From contig CAVXTP010000003.1 of assembly GCA_963764715.1 (NCBI GenBank), forward strand, positions 96,001-160,000: a stretch of 64,000 bases of DNA, written 5' to 3'. The notes beneath the pieces were generated by a model, which was given only the letters and a program-made list of their open reading frames with translations, searched no databases and was not told the origin of the DNA. Both the position numbers and the translations under genes were made by a program. Each line of letters begins with the position of its first letter. The first letter of the stretch is position 1. The stretch is from an uncultured Acidobacteriota bacterium. GTDB lineage: Bacteria; Acidobacteriota; Thermoanaerobaculia; UBA5066; Gp7-AA6. Shown in pieces: positions 38,875 to 48,612 of the stretch.

Positions 38875-39840
38875 TCAGAAACAGTCTCCACCCTTCGACG
38901 CCCCCGCCGCGACCGGGGCACCCGACTTCCGCGCGGCGGCGATCTCGGCCCGCGCGGCCTCGAGGTCCTCGCGGAAGCGCGGCACCGCCTGGAGGCGATC
39001 GACGATCTGGCGCGCCAGCGCCTTCCCCGAGGCCGAGTCGCTCGGGAAGTGGACGCCCAGGATCTCGCGGGAGAACGCCAGCTCCGCGGCGCCGCGATGG
39101 AAGACCTCCCGCTTCTCCGGCATCAGCTCCTCGAAGACGAATGCCGCGACCCAGGAGTTGGCCGAGTGGGCGCTCGGATAGGCCGGGAAGTTCGGCGTCT
39201 CGAGCCGCTCGATTCTCGGCTCGAGCTCGTACGGCCGAGCGCGATCGAAGCGGTACTTCTGCGTCCAGATGTAGTACGACGCGTCCGACTGGACGCGCGC
39301 CATCAGGTCCGCGGTCTTCGGAAGGGTCTCGGGACCGAACCACTCGCCGAGGGCGCTGCCCGTGAAGAAGAGGTTGCGCCGCATGGGCGCGTAGTCCTCG
39401 TCGCCGGGCTGCGTACTGACGCGGTAGTACACGCCCGCCAGCGTGTGGCTGCGCGCGACGTTCTCGGAGGTCCTCGCCGTCGCCTGGAGCTCGAGAAGGA
39501 AGTCGAGCTCCGCGCGCGTCCGGGCGGAGCTGTTGGCCGGATACTCGGGAAGCGAGAAGACGGAGGGCGGAACGTCGAGGTACGCGGGCGCGCGCCCGAG
39601 GATCTTGAAGTAACCCGGGCTCATCGAGGCGAGATCGAAGAGCTGCCGGTCGAGCGCGTCGCCGCCGGCGCGGGGCGCGGCGTCGAGTCGGGCGAGGCGC
39701 GCATAGTGCTCCGCGGAAACGGCGAGCATCTTCCCCGACCCGGACCCTCCGGGAGCGCAGGAGGCGGGTGGGCAGGATTCGGGTCGTGGCGGCGCGAGAA
39801 GACCGAGGGCGACGAAGGCGAGGGCCGTCAAAGCGTTCAT
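38875..39840 (-). CDS. Secreted PAP2 superfamily acid phosphatase
   Basis: 'KYRFDRARP', 'YPSAHS', 'SREILGVHFPSD'; signal peptide. Confidence 0.85.
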   Translation of the reverse strand: MNALTALAFVALGLLAPPRPESCPPASCAPGGSGSGKMLAVSAEHYARLARLDAAPRAGGDALDRQLFDLASMSPGYFKILGRAPAYLDVPPSVFSLPEYPANSSARTRAELDFLLELQATARTSENVARSHTLAGVYYRVSTQPGDEDYAPMRRNLFFTGSALGEWFGPETLPKTADLMARVQSDASYYIWTQKYRFDRARPYELEPRIERLETPNFPAYPSAHSANSWVAAFVFEELMPEKREVFHRGAAELAFSREILGVHFPSDSASGKALARQIVDRLQAVPRFREDLEAARAEIAAARKSGAPVAAGASKGGDCF

Positions 39841-39969
39841 CGATTCCTCCGGTGAGTTCTAGGCCCCGGCCCCGGGAGGCGTGACCCCGGCTCCAACGTG
39901 TCACGCGCCGGCCTCCTCGCGCCTAGACCCTGCGAGAGGGCCGTCCGGCGGCTGTTACGCTCGAGAAGA

Positions 39970-40515
39970 ATGGAGCGCCATGAGCGCGAAAGGCTTCGGT
40001 CGCAGATGGCCGATCTCGCCGACGGCAACCGGGCCGTCTTCGACGGCGTCTACGAGGCCGCCTGGCCGCTCGTCCGCGGCTTCGTCGGCCGCCACCTGCC
40101 GCCCGCCGACGCGGACGACGCCGCGCAGGATGCGCTCCTCTCGGTCTTCGCGCGCGCGAGCGAGTTCGACCGCGAGCGCGACGCCCTCGCGTGGATCCTC
40201 GGGATCGCGGCCTGGCAGATCCGGACGGTGCGCACGCGGCGGCGGCGCCGCCGCGAGGAGCCCGTGGAGGAGGGCGCCCTGGACGCCCGCGCCGACGGCA
40301 GCGCGACGCCGGAGGAGGCCGCGGCCGAGTCGCAGCGGGGCCGCTTTCTCGACGCGGCCCTGGCCTCCCTCGGTCCGGACGACGAGGCCACCCTGCGCGC
40401 GTACATGGCGGGCACGCCGCCGGACCTGCCGCCGGCCACCTTCCGCAAACGCGTGCAGCGCGCGATGACTCGGCTTCGCGCCTCATGGACGACGGGACAT
40501 GGACCGCAGGCCTGA
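39970..40515 (+). CDS. ECF-type RNA polymerase sigma factor
   Basis: 'LADGNRAVFDGVY', 'ADDAAQDALLSVF', 'WILGIA'; short region 4. Confidence 0.78.
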   Translation: MERHERERLRSQMADLADGNRAVFDGVYEAAWPLVRGFVGRHLPPADADDAAQDALLSVFARASEFDRERDALAWILGIAAWQIRTVRTRRRRRREEPVEEGALDARADGSATPEEAAAESQRGRFLDAALASLGPDDEATLRAYMAGTPPDLPPATFRKRVQRAMTRLRASWTTGHGPQA

Positions 40516-41023
40516 CCTGAAGGAGCGCGCGCTCCGCGCCTACGAGCGGGGCCGGCTCCGGCGGGCCCTCGTGCCGGCGGCCCTCATTCCGCCGGTCGCC
40601 TCGCTCGCCTTCGTCCAGTGCGCGCAGCCCCTGCCGTCGATCGCCTGCGCCGTCGCGCTCGGCGTGGTCGTCGCCGCCATGCTTCACCGCGGGCAGGACT
40701 GGGGCCGCGGGGCGCGGGCCGGCCTGGCGGCGGGAATCGCGCCATTCCTCGTCCCTCCGGCGATCGAGGCCATCGGCTCGCCGGCCCTGTGCGACGCGCT
40801 CCCCTGGTTCTGCGCCGCGGGGGGCGCGGTGGCGGGCCTCGTGCTCGCGTCGCGCCGGAGCGTACGCCTCGAGAACGCCCGCGCCTACTGGGTCACGGCG
40901 GCCCTCGTCACGCTCCTCGCGGGCAGCATCGGCTGCTGGATCGCGGGCGTCGCCGGGCTCGCGGGCCTCGCCGCCGGCCTCGCGGCCGGAGCGGCGCCCC
41001 TGCTCTACCCGGTCAGGACCTGA
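40499..41023 (+). CDS. Multi-TM membrane protein, putative anti-sigma factor
   Basis: Overlaps the sigma gene end; about 5 hydrophobic segments with several Cys. Confidence 0.55.
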   Translation: MDRRPDLKERALRAYERGRLRRALVPAALIPPVASLAFVQCAQPLPSIACAVALGVVVAAMLHRGQDWGRGARAGLAAGIAPFLVPPAIEAIGSPALCDALPWFCAAGGAVAGLVLASRRSVRLENARAYWVTAALVTLLAGSIGCWIAGVAGLAGLAAGLAAGAAPLLYPVRT

Positions 41024-41642
41024 CGCGGTTCTTGCGCCACTCGTTGCCCGCCGCGATCAGGCCCGGCAGGATCGAGAGGAAGACGACCGCGATGATGACG
41101 ATCTCGATGTGCTCCTTGACGCCCGGGATCTGGCCGAGAAAGTAGCCGATCAGCGTCATCGAGAGCACCCAGAGGATTCCGCCGAAGACGTTGAACGACA
41201 GGAACCGCCGGTACTCCATCTGGCCCATGCCCGCGACGATCGGGGCGAACGTCCGGACGATCGGCATGAAGCGCGCGAGCACGATCGTCTTGCCGCCGTG
41301 CTTCTCGTAGAAGTCGTGCGCCCGGCGCAGGTGCGCCGGGTTGAAGAAGAGGGACTTCGGCCGCTTGAAGAGGGCCGGCCCGGTCTTGCGCCCGAACCAG
41401 TAGCCGACGGTGTCGCCGAGGATCGCCGCCGCCATCAGCACCAGGTTCAGGTGGACGATGTCGAGCTGCCCCGTCCCGGCGAAGACGCCGGCCGTCACGA
41501 GCAGCGAGTCGCCCGGGAGAAAGAACCCGACGAGCAGGCCGGTCTCGGCGAAGACGATGATCGTCATCGCCGTCAGACCGCCGACCCGGACGAGCGTCTC
41601 GACGTCGGTGAGCTGGTGGAAGAGGTGCTTGAACCACTCCAT
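41013..41642 (-). CDS. DedA/VTT domain membrane protein
   Basis: 'VFAETGLLVGFFLPGDSLL', 'LARFMPIVRTFAP..AG'. Confidence 0.92.
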   Translation of the reverse strand: MEWFKHLFHQLTDVETLVRVGGLTAMTIIVFAETGLLVGFFLPGDSLLVTAGVFAGTGQLDIVHLNLVLMAAAILGDTVGYWFGRKTGPALFKRPKSLFFNPAHLRRAHDFYEKHGGKTIVLARFMPIVRTFAPIVAGMGQMEYRRFLSFNVFGGILWVLSMTLIGYFLGQIPGVKEHIEIVIIAVVFLSILPGLIAAGNEWRKNRVRS

Positions 41643-41684
41643 GGGCGAGCGGATGGTAGCAGGCTCGGGTAGGATTTGCCCCCG

Positions 41685-42080
41685 ATGGCCGAGTACACCG
41701 ACGAACACGCCCGCGCCGGGATCGACGCGCCCCTTCCGCCGATCGAGACCTGGCCCAACCAGTACCCCGACTACGAGATCGTGGTCGAGATCCCGGAGTA
41801 CAACGCGATCTGCCCGAAGACCGAGCTGCCGGACTTCGGACACCTCACGATCCGTTACGTGCCGGACCGCCTGTGCCTGGAGCTCAAGTCCCTGAAGCTC
41901 TACATCGTGGCGTACCGCAACGTCGGGATCTTCTACGAGAACGCCGTCAACCGGATCCTCGCCGACTGTGTCGCGGCCTGCCGGCCGAAGCGCATGTCGA
42001 TCACGGGCCGCTTCTCGTCCCGCGGCGGGATCTCCTCGACGATCGAAGCGAAGTACCCGGCGGGCGAGGCGCGCATCTAG
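41685..42080 (+). CDS. queF: NADPH-dependent 7-cyano-7-deazaguanine reductase (preQ1 synthase)
   Basis: 'PEYNAICPKTELPDF', 'ELKSLKLY', 'SRGGI'. Confidence 0.9.
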   Translation: MAEYTDEHARAGIDAPLPPIETWPNQYPDYEIVVEIPEYNAICPKTELPDFGHLTIRYVPDRLCLELKSLKLYIVAYRNVGIFYENAVNRILADCVAACRPKRMSITGRFSSRGGISSTIEAKYPAGEARI

Positions 42081-42925
42081 GCGGTCGCCGGCGCGCCCTG
42101 GAACTCGGCCACCAGGGCCTCCTTCAGCATCCGTGCCGCCGGGCCGGGCTTCCCGTTGCCGATCACCCGGTTCTCGACCGAGACGATGGGGTACGTCCAC
42201 ATCGTCGTCGAGGCGAGGAACGCTTCCTGGGCCGAGCAGAGCTCCTCGACCGTGAACGCGCGCTCCTCGACGGTGAAGCCGAGGCGGCGGGCGGCGTCGA
42301 TCGTGGCCGTGCGGGTGACTCCGGGCAGGATGCGGGGTCCGTTGGGGGCCGTGCGCACGATCCCGCGGTCGACGATGAAGACGTTGGCCTTGGTCGCCTC
42401 GAGCGCGAACCCGTCGCGCACGAGGATGGCGTCGATCGCCCCGGCCTCCCGGGCCTTCTGGGCCGCGAGGACGTTCGGCAGGAGCATGACGCTCTTGATG
42501 TCGCACCGTCCCCAGCGCTCGTCGGTCAGGAGGATCACCTTGCCGCCCTCGGCGGGCGGCGGCGGGTCCACCGCGCGCGCGAAGGCAAAGACGGTCGGAG
42601 TCGTCCCCTCCGGCGGGAAGGCGTGGTAACGGGGCGCCGCGCCGCGGGAGACCTGCGCGTAGACGAAGGCGTCCTTATCCGCGAGGCCGTTCTCCTGGAG
42701 AAGGCGCCGGCCGACCTCGGGAAAGAAGTCGGGCGAAGCCTTGATCCGGATTGCGGCGAGGCCCTCGCGCATCCGCTCGACGTGGGCCTCGAGATGATAC
42801 GGACGGCCCCGCCAGTAGCGCACGACCTCGTAGATGGCGTCCGCGAAGAGGAACCCGCGGTCGAGCGGCGAGATGCGGGCCTCGGCTTCGGGCAGATAGC
42901 GGCCGTCGAGATACAGGATCGCCAT
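42077..42925 (-). CDS. Class IV aminotransferase, D-amino acid transaminase-like
   Basis: 'DRGFLFADAIYEV', 'QVSRG..PRYH', 'RWGRCDIKS', 'ILPGVTR'. Confidence 0.88.
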   Translation of the reverse strand: MAILYLDGRYLPEAEARISPLDRGFLFADAIYEVVRYWRGRPYHLEAHVERMREGLAAIRIKASPDFFPEVGRRLLQENGLADKDAFVYAQVSRGAAPRYHAFPPEGTTPTVFAFARAVDPPPPAEGGKVILLTDERWGRCDIKSVMLLPNVLAAQKAREAGAIDAILVRDGFALEATKANVFIVDRGIVRTAPNGPRILPGVTRTATIDAARRLGFTVEERAFTVEELCSAQEAFLASTTMWTYPIVSVENRVIGNGKPGPAARMLKEALVAEFQGAPATA

Positions 42926-42939
42926 GGCGCGGGATGCTA

Positions 42940-43704
42940 TCAGCGGCGTCGCGCGGCCTCGAACTCCTCGACCGCGCGCCGGAGGTCGTCGCTCCCCGCG
43001 AGCTTCCGGTAGGCGTCCTCGGCCGCCGGCAGCCGCCCCTCGAGCGCATCGCGCCGGGCGCGCCGGACGAGACCGAGCGCTGCGGAAAGCGCCGCGGGAG
43101 ACGCCGAGAGGATGCGTGCCGCCAGCGTCTCGGTCTCCGCCGCGAGCCGCTCGGGCGCGACGGCGCGCGCGGCGAATCCGGCTTCCGCGGCCGCGCGGCC
43201 CGAGTGAGTCTCTCCCGTCAGGATCCACTCAGCCGCCCGCGCCTCGCCGATGCGAAGCGGCAGGAGCACGGCGGCGCCGGGCGGAAAGCACGCGAGCCGG
43301 ATCTCGGGGAAGCCGACGCGCGCGTCCTCGGCGACGAGCACGAGGTCGCAGGCCGCGACGAGCTCGGCTCCCCCTCCGAGGCACGCCCCGGACACGGAAG
43401 CGAGCGTGACGGCGGGCGTCTCGACCAGGGCGCGGAGCACCCGGCGCATCGCGCCGAGCATCTCCTCGATGAGAGCCGGCTCGGGAGCGTGCGCGGCGAC
43501 GTCGACGCCGGCGGAAAACGCGCGCGGGAGGCCCCGGAGGACGAGCAGGCGCGCCGGCGGCGCGGCCTCGATCGATTCGGCGAGCGCGGCGAGCGCCGCG
43601 GGATCGAGGACGTTGACCGGCGGGAGGTCGATCCAAAGGTCCGCCCGGGCGCCGCCCGGCGCGCGCTCCAGCCGGACCCCCGCGCCCGCCGGTGACGGCG
43701 TCAC
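42940..43704 (-). CDS. Enoyl-CoA hydratase, resembling cyclohexa-1,5-dienecarbonyl-CoA hydratase (Dch/BamR-type)
   Basis: 'PPVNVLD', 'AFSAGVDVAAH', 'GACLGGGAEL', 'FPEIRLACFPP'. Confidence 0.7.
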   Translation of the reverse strand: MTPSPAGAGVRLERAPGGARADLWIDLPPVNVLDPAALAALAESIEAAPPARLLVLRGLPRAFSAGVDVAAHAPEPALIEEMLGAMRRVLRALVETPAVTLASVSGACLGGGAELVAACDLVLVAEDARVGFPEIRLACFPPGAAVLLPLRIGEARAAEWILTGETHSGRAAAEAGFAARAVAPERLAAETETLAARILSASPAALSAALGLVRRARRDALEGRLPAAEDAYRKLAGSDDLRRAVEEFEAARRR

Positions 43705-44648
43705 TTCTTCGCGGGCGTCGGGGCCGGCGCGGCCGCCGGGGTCGTGCTCTTCGCGGCCTTGTCGCGCATCGCCTTGACGGAGGCCTTGATGTTGGCGATG
43801 TGCGCGTCGGTCAGCTGCACGCCCTTGATCGTGTTCTCGGGATCGCGAAGCTGCGCGTCGACCATCGAATCGGCCGTGCCGGCGTCGACGAGCTTCTTCG
43901 CCAGCGTGGCGACGGCGTGCACGTACGCACCCGTTTCCTTGATGCCGGCGGGCGAGCCGATGTCGCCGTGTCCGGGCACGAGCTTCTCGACCGGGACGTG
44001 CACGAGGGCCTCGAGGGCGCGCTCCCAGCCGGCCGGGTCGACGTCGGGCGACTGCATGAAGGGCTGGCGGCCGTTGGCGACGAGGTCGCCGCTGAAGAGG
44101 ATCTTGTCGCCCGCGAGGTACACGACGAGATCGTTCGCCGTGTGGCCGCCGCCGAGGTAGTAGATCTGGACGTTGTGGATCCCGTCGAGCTGGATGGATC
44201 GCTCGGAGATCGACTCGACGACCGGGCGCAGGTCGGCCTTCCCCGCGAGCGGGTCGGCGGGGTCCGTCGACGCCTGGGTCACGTACGCCAGGATCTGGCC
44301 CGCGATCCCCTCGTGGCAGATGACCCGGGCGCCGGCCGCGACGAACGCGCGCGCGCCGCCGCTGTGATCCGCGTGGCCGTGGGTCAGGACGACGGCGCGG
44401 ACGGGCTTTCCGCCCGTCGTCGAGGCGATCTGCTTGAGGATCTCGCGGGCGGTCGCGGAGTCCGCGCCGGAATCGACCGCCACGACGCCGTCGCCGAGCA
44501 GGAACCACCCCACGTTGGCCCCCTTGTCGGGGATGGCCGCCCAGACCCCGTCGGCGAGCTTGTCGACCTTGACGGCCTGGGCGGAAAGCGGAGAAACGAG
44601 CAGGGCGGCGGCCAGGGCGAGAACCGGGGCGATCCAGCGGATCTTCAT
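43701..44648 (-). CDS. Secreted MBL-fold metallo-hydrolase
   Basis: Signal peptide; 'THGHADHSGG', 'GHT..D', 'FSGDL', 'VPGHG'. Confidence 0.88.
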   Translation of the reverse strand: MKIRWIAPVLALAAALLVSPLSAQAVKVDKLADGVWAAIPDKGANVGWFLLGDGVVAVDSGADSATAREILKQIASTTGGKPVRAVVLTHGHADHSGGARAFVAAGARVICHEGIAGQILAYVTQASTDPADPLAGKADLRPVVESISERSIQLDGIHNVQIYYLGGGHTANDLVVYLAGDKILFSGDLVANGRQPFMQSPDVDPAGWERALEALVHVPVEKLVPGHGDIGSPAGIKETGAYVHAVATLAKKLVDAGTADSMVDAQLRDPENTIKGVQLTDAHIANIKASVKAMRDKAAKSTTPAAAPAPTPAKK

Positions 44649-44720
44649 CGCAGACACTCCTTCGAATCCTTCATGGGCGGAAATCCGGCTCCACAACGCG
44701 GGCCGGTCCCGAAAATTCCG

Positions 44721-45434
44721 TCAGCGGCGCGACGCGGCCCGGCGCGCCGCCTCGGCGAACCCGGCGAAGAGCCGGCGGGAGACCGGATCGCCCGCGGGGG
44801 CGAGGTTCTCGGGGTGCCACTGGACCGCGACGAGCCAGGGTCCCGCCTCCGCCTCTACCGCTTCCACCGCTTCGGCCAGGCCGTCGGGCGAGGTGCCGGA
44901 GACCGCGAGCCCGGGCGCCACCGCCTCGATGGCCTGGTGGTGCCGGCTGTTGACGAGGACCTCCTCGCCGCCGGAGAGCTCGGCGAGCCAGGTCCCCGGC
45001 TCGACCGCCACGGCATGGTCCCGGCGCAGCTTGTCCTTCTTGCGCTCGTGCACGACGTCCGACGGCCGCTCGGTCGGGATGTCCTGCACCAGGGTGCCGC
45101 CGAGCGCCACGTTGACGACCTGGAGCCCGCGGCAGATCCCGAGAACGGGAGCCCCGCGGCGGCGCGCGAGATCGAAGAGCTCGAAGTCGATCCGGTCCCG
45201 CTCGGCGTCGACCTCGAGCGTCCCGTTGCCGAGGGGCTCGCGTCCGTACCGCGCCGGATCCACGTCCGCGCCGCCGCCGAGGACGAGCGCGTCGAAGGCC
45301 GCGGGCGGATTCGCTGAGAGCGGCGTGACGATCTCGATCGAGTCCCGCGGCACGCCGGCCTCGAGCAGGCTCTGGAGGTAGTCGTTCGACTCGGACGTGT
45401 CGGAGTCCCGGTCGAGCGTCAGGGCGATGCGCAT
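44721..45434 (-). CDS. Gamma-glutamyl-gamma-aminobutyrate hydrolase family (peptidase C26, class I GAT)
   Basis: 'LGGGADVDP', 'GICRGLQ', 'NSRHHQA', 'VQWHPE'. Confidence 0.9.
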   Translation of the reverse strand: MRIALTLDRDSDTSESNDYLQSLLEAGVPRDSIEIVTPLSANPPAAFDALVLGGGADVDPARYGREPLGNGTLEVDAERDRIDFELFDLARRRGAPVLGICRGLQVVNVALGGTLVQDIPTERPSDVVHERKKDKLRRDHAVAVEPGTWLAELSGGEEVLVNSRHHQAIEAVAPGLAVSGTSPDGLAEAVEAVEAEAGPWLVAVQWHPENLAPAGDPVSRRLFAGFAEAARRAASRR

Positions 45435-45481
45435 GGGCTCATTGTACGGGTGGAGGCGGCGGCGCGGCGGCGCGGGGCCGG

Positions 45482-46660
45482 CTACGGGCGCTCGAAGAGC
45501 ACCGCCATCCCCATGCCGCCCGAGATGCAGAGGGTGGCGAGGCCGCGCTTCGCGCCGCGGCGCTTCATCTCGTGGAGGAGCGTCGTCGTGATCCGGGCCC
45601 CGGTCGCGCCGATCGGATGGCCGAGAGCGATCGCCCCGCCGTTGACGTTGACCTTCGCGAGGTCGAGCGAGAGGTCCCGGGCGCACGCGATCAGCTGCGC
45701 CGCGAACGCCTCGTTGAGCTCAATCAGGTCGATGTCGGAGAGTGAAAGCTTCGTCTTCTCGAGAAGGGCGCGGACGGCCGGCACGGGTCCGATCCCCATG
45801 CGCGCCGGATCGACGCCCGCCGAGGCCCAGGCGACCACGCGGGCGAGCGGCTCGACGCCGGCCTTCGCGGCCTCCTCGTCGGTGGCGAGCACGAGCGCCG
45901 CCGCGCCGTCGGTGATCCCGGAGGAGTTCCCGGCGTGGACCGTGCCCGACGGATCGAAGACCGGCGGGAGCCTCGCCAGCGCCTCGAGGGTCGTGTCGGG
46001 CCGCGGGTGCTCGTCGGCGGCGACCTCGACGGGCCCCTTCTTCCCCGCGACCGAGACCGGCGCGAGCTCCGCCGCGAAGCGTCCCGAGCGGATCGCTTCC
46101 CCCGCGCGCCGCTGCGTCTCGACCGCGAAGGCGTCCTGCTCGGCGCGCAGGATCCCGTACTCGCGCGCCAGCGTCTCGGCGGTCGCGCCCATCAGCTCGC
46201 CGCAGAGCGGGCACAGGAAGCCGTCACGGTACATGCCGTCGACGAGCTCGCCGTGGCCCATCCGCATGCCGAAGCGGGCGCGCGTCAGCATGTACGGCGT
46301 CGCGGACATGCACTCCGCCCCACCCGCCAGGACCACGTCGTTCTCGCCCGAGCCGATCGTGAGCGCCCCGAGCGTCAGCGCCTTGAGCGACGAGCCGCAG
46401 GCCTTGTTGACGGTGAAGGCCGGGACGGAGTCGGGGATCCCCGCGCGGTGCGAAACCTGGCGCGCGGTGTTCGGCCCGCCGCCCGCCTGACGGGCGTGGC
46501 CGAAGATCGTCTCGTCGACCGCGGCCGGCGGCAGCCCCGATCTCTCGATCGCCGCCTTCGCCGCGACCTCGCCGAGGTCGGCCGCCGACATCGACGCGAA
46601 CGCCCCGCCGAACTTGCCGATCGGCGTGCGCGCCGCGGAGAGGACGAAGACCGGTCGCAT
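45482..46660 (-). CDS. Acetyl-CoA C-acyltransferase (thiolase)
   Basis: 'NKACGSS', 'NEAFA', 'GHPIGATG', 'LCISGGMG'. Confidence 0.94.
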   Translation of the reverse strand: MRPVFVLSAARTPIGKFGGAFASMSAADLGEVAAKAAIERSGLPPAAVDETIFGHARQAGGGPNTARQVSHRAGIPDSVPAFTVNKACGSSLKALTLGALTIGSGENDVVLAGGAECMSATPYMLTRARFGMRMGHGELVDGMYRDGFLCPLCGELMGATAETLAREYGILRAEQDAFAVETQRRAGEAIRSGRFAAELAPVSVAGKKGPVEVAADEHPRPDTTLEALARLPPVFDPSGTVHAGNSSGITDGAAALVLATDEEAAKAGVEPLARVVAWASAGVDPARMGIGPVPAVRALLEKTKLSLSDIDLIELNEAFAAQLIACARDLSLDLAKVNVNGGAIALGHPIGATGARITTTLLHEMKRRGAKRGLATLCISGGMGMAVLFERP

Positions 46661-46721
46661 GGGGAGCGCGGATTATAAAGGACCGTCGACGCCCAGGCAG
46701 ATGGCGGATTGGCTCCCGGAT

Positions 46722-46746
46722 GTAGGGGCGGGGCTTGTCCCCGCCC
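46722..46746 (+). repeat. Single GTAG-type REP (intergenic)
   Basis: GTAGGGGCGGGGCTTGTCCCCGCCC; same family as 14975 and 58119. Confidence 0.75.
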
Positions 46747-46777
46747 TCTCTCACCGCCTCGAGGGCCGCTCGTCGAG

Positions 46778-47662
46778 TCAGATGACGGGTAGGTGCACCG
46801 TGAACGTCGAGCCCTTCCCCACCACGCTTTCCGCGCTGACGCGTCCCTTGTGGGCCTCGACGATCCACCGGACGATCGAGAGCCCGAGCCCGGACCCGCC
46901 GGGATTGGCGGCGCGCGAGCGCTTGGAGCGGTAGAAGCGCTCGAAGACGAACGGCAGGTCGGCCTCCGGGATGCCGATCCCCGTGTCCGAGACCGAGATC
47001 CGCGCTTCCCCGGGAGCGGCGGCCACGACCACCCGGATCTTCCCGCCGGCCTCCGTGTAGCGCAGGCTGTTCTCGATCAGGTTGTGGAGGACCTGCTGCA
47101 GGCGCCCCGAGTCGGCGAAGACGAAGACCGGCAGCGCCGGGACCTCGGCCGTCAGCTCGAGGCCGTGGTCCGAGGCCGCGATCGCGAGGTCCTTCACGAC
47201 CTCCGACGCGAACCGGCCGACGTCCAGGTTCGTGAACGAGAGCGTCACGCGGCCGCTTTCGCCGCGCGTCAGGAAGAGCAGGTTCTGCGAGATGCGGGTC
47301 AGGTGGCGGACCTCGAGGATGGCGCTTCCGATCGCCTCCCGGTACTCCTCGGCGGAGCGCTCCTCCTCGAGCGCGACCTCCAGCGACCCGCGGAGCACCG
47401 TCAGCGGCGTCCGCAGCTCGTGGGAGACGTCGGCGATGAACTGCTGCTGCTCCTTCTCGGCCGAGGCGAGCGAGTCGAGCCGCGCGTTGAGCCGGTCGGC
47501 CAGACGGCGAGCGTCCTCGCCGAGGCCCTCCGTCGTGATCCGGCCGAGCGGCCGCTTCTCGGCCTCCTCCAGCCTCCGTTCGAGGACCGCGAACGGAGAC
47601 GGCTCGGGCGCCGTGGGCGCCGGGGCGGCCCCGCCGAAGAGCTTCCCGAGGAGCCCGCTCAC
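46778..47662 (-). CDS. Histidine kinase lacking TM/sensor domain (HAMP-like + HisKA + HATPase)
   Basis: GTGA overlap with the RR stop; 'DVSHELRTPL', 'NLIENSLRY', 'DTGIGI', 'GSGLGL'; no hydrophobic segment. Confidence 0.85.
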   Translation of the reverse strand: MSGLLGKLFGGAAPAPTAPEPSPFAVLERRLEEAEKRPLGRITTEGLGEDARRLADRLNARLDSLASAEKEQQQFIADVSHELRTPLTVLRGSLEVALEEERSAEEYREAIGSAILEVRHLTRISQNLLFLTRGESGRVTLSFTNLDVGRFASEVVKDLAIAASDHGLELTAEVPALPVFVFADSGRLQQVLHNLIENSLRYTEAGGKIRVVVAAAPGEARISVSDTGIGIPEADLPFVFERFYRSKRSRAANPGGSGLGLSIVRWIVEAHKGRVSAESVVGKGSTFTVHLPVI

Positions 47663-48354
47663 CGGTCCGGCGCCGCGTCCCCGGCCTCGCGCACGCGATA
47701 GCCGACCCCGCGGACCGTCTGGATCAGGCGCTCGCGCTCGCCGCCGTCGATCTTCTTGCGCAGGGCGTTGATGTAGACGTCGATGATGTTGGTCGAGAGG
47801 TCGAACGAGTCCTCCCAGATCCTCGCCTGGATCTCGGAGCGCGGCACGACCTTGCCCCGCCGCCGCAGCAGCAGCTCGAAGAGGGCGCCCTCGCGGACCG
47901 TCAGCCGCACGGTCTCGCCGCCGCGCGACACCTCGCGGGACTCGGGCTCGTAGGTCAGGTCGTCGAAGACGAGGGGTCCGGGCGGCGTGACTTCCGTGCG
48001 GCGCAGGAGGGCGCGCAGCCGCGCCATCAGCTCCCGGAACGAGAAGGGCTTGACCAGGTAGTCGTCGGCGCCCGCGTCGAGGCCCTCGATCTTGTTCTCG
48101 ATGGTGTCGCGCGCCGTGAGCATCAGGATCTTGGCGCCCACGCCGCGCGTGCGCAGCTCCCGGCAGAGCTCGAGGCCGTCGCGGGAGCCCTGGAGCATCA
48201 GGTCCAGGATGATGAGGTCCGGCTCGCCGGCGACGATCTTCTCGAGCGCCGCGTCGGCGTCGCCGACCGCCTCGACGGCGTAGCCCTTCTCGGTCAGGCC
48301 CTTCCGGAGGAACTGGGCAATCCGCTGCTCGTCCTCGACGACGAGGACCTTCAT
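47659..48354 (-). CDS. OmpR-family response regulator (CusR/CzcR-like)
   Basis: 'VVEDE', 'LDLML', 'GADDYLVKPF', 'IIDVYINALRKKID', 'IQTVRGVGY'. Confidence 0.93.
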   Translation of the reverse strand: MKVLVVEDEQRIAQFLRKGLTEKGYAVEAVGDADAALEKIVAGEPDLIILDLMLQGSRDGLELCRELRTRGVGAKILMLTARDTIENKIEGLDAGADDYLVKPFSFRELMARLRALLRRTEVTPPGPLVFDDLTYEPESREVSRGGETVRLTVREGALFELLLRRRGKVVPRSEIQARIWEDSFDLSTNIIDVYINALRKKIDGGERERLIQTVRGVGYRVREAGDAAPDR

Positions 48355-48572
48355 CGCGGGGCCTCCGTCTCGTCCGGCGGAGGCGCCGCGGTCCCGCCGG
48401 CACGCTTCATGAATGACACGACGAAGACGGAACCCGCTCCCGCGGCAAACCCGGCCGCGAAAGAGGAATGGGGAGGCTCCAGCACCACGGCCCCGATCGC
48501 GCCGGCGGCGAGGAGGCCAAAGACGAGGAGGCGGGACACCGCGATCGGCGGCACGGCGGGAATCATAGGCAT
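48351..48572 (-). CDS. Small 2-TM membrane protein co-transcribed with the two-component system
   Basis: MPMIPAVPPIAVSRLLVFGLLAAGAIGAVVL...FAAGFAAGAGSVFVVSFMKR; TGA overlaps the RR ATG. Confidence 0.55.
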   Translation of the reverse strand: MPMIPAVPPIAVSRLLVFGLLAAGAIGAVVLEPPHSSFAAGFAAGAGSVFVVSFMKRAGGTAAPPPDETEAPR

Positions 48573-48612
48573 CCGGACGGTTATTATGACCGCCTTAATG
48601 AAGGAGGAAGAA

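Noticed and set aside
42077-42925. PabC (aminodeoxychorismate lyase) partner for the CADD gene
   Set aside because: Motifs (DRGFLFADAIYEV, RWGRCDIKS, R..H loop) fit D-amino acid transaminase better, and CADD does not need PabC.
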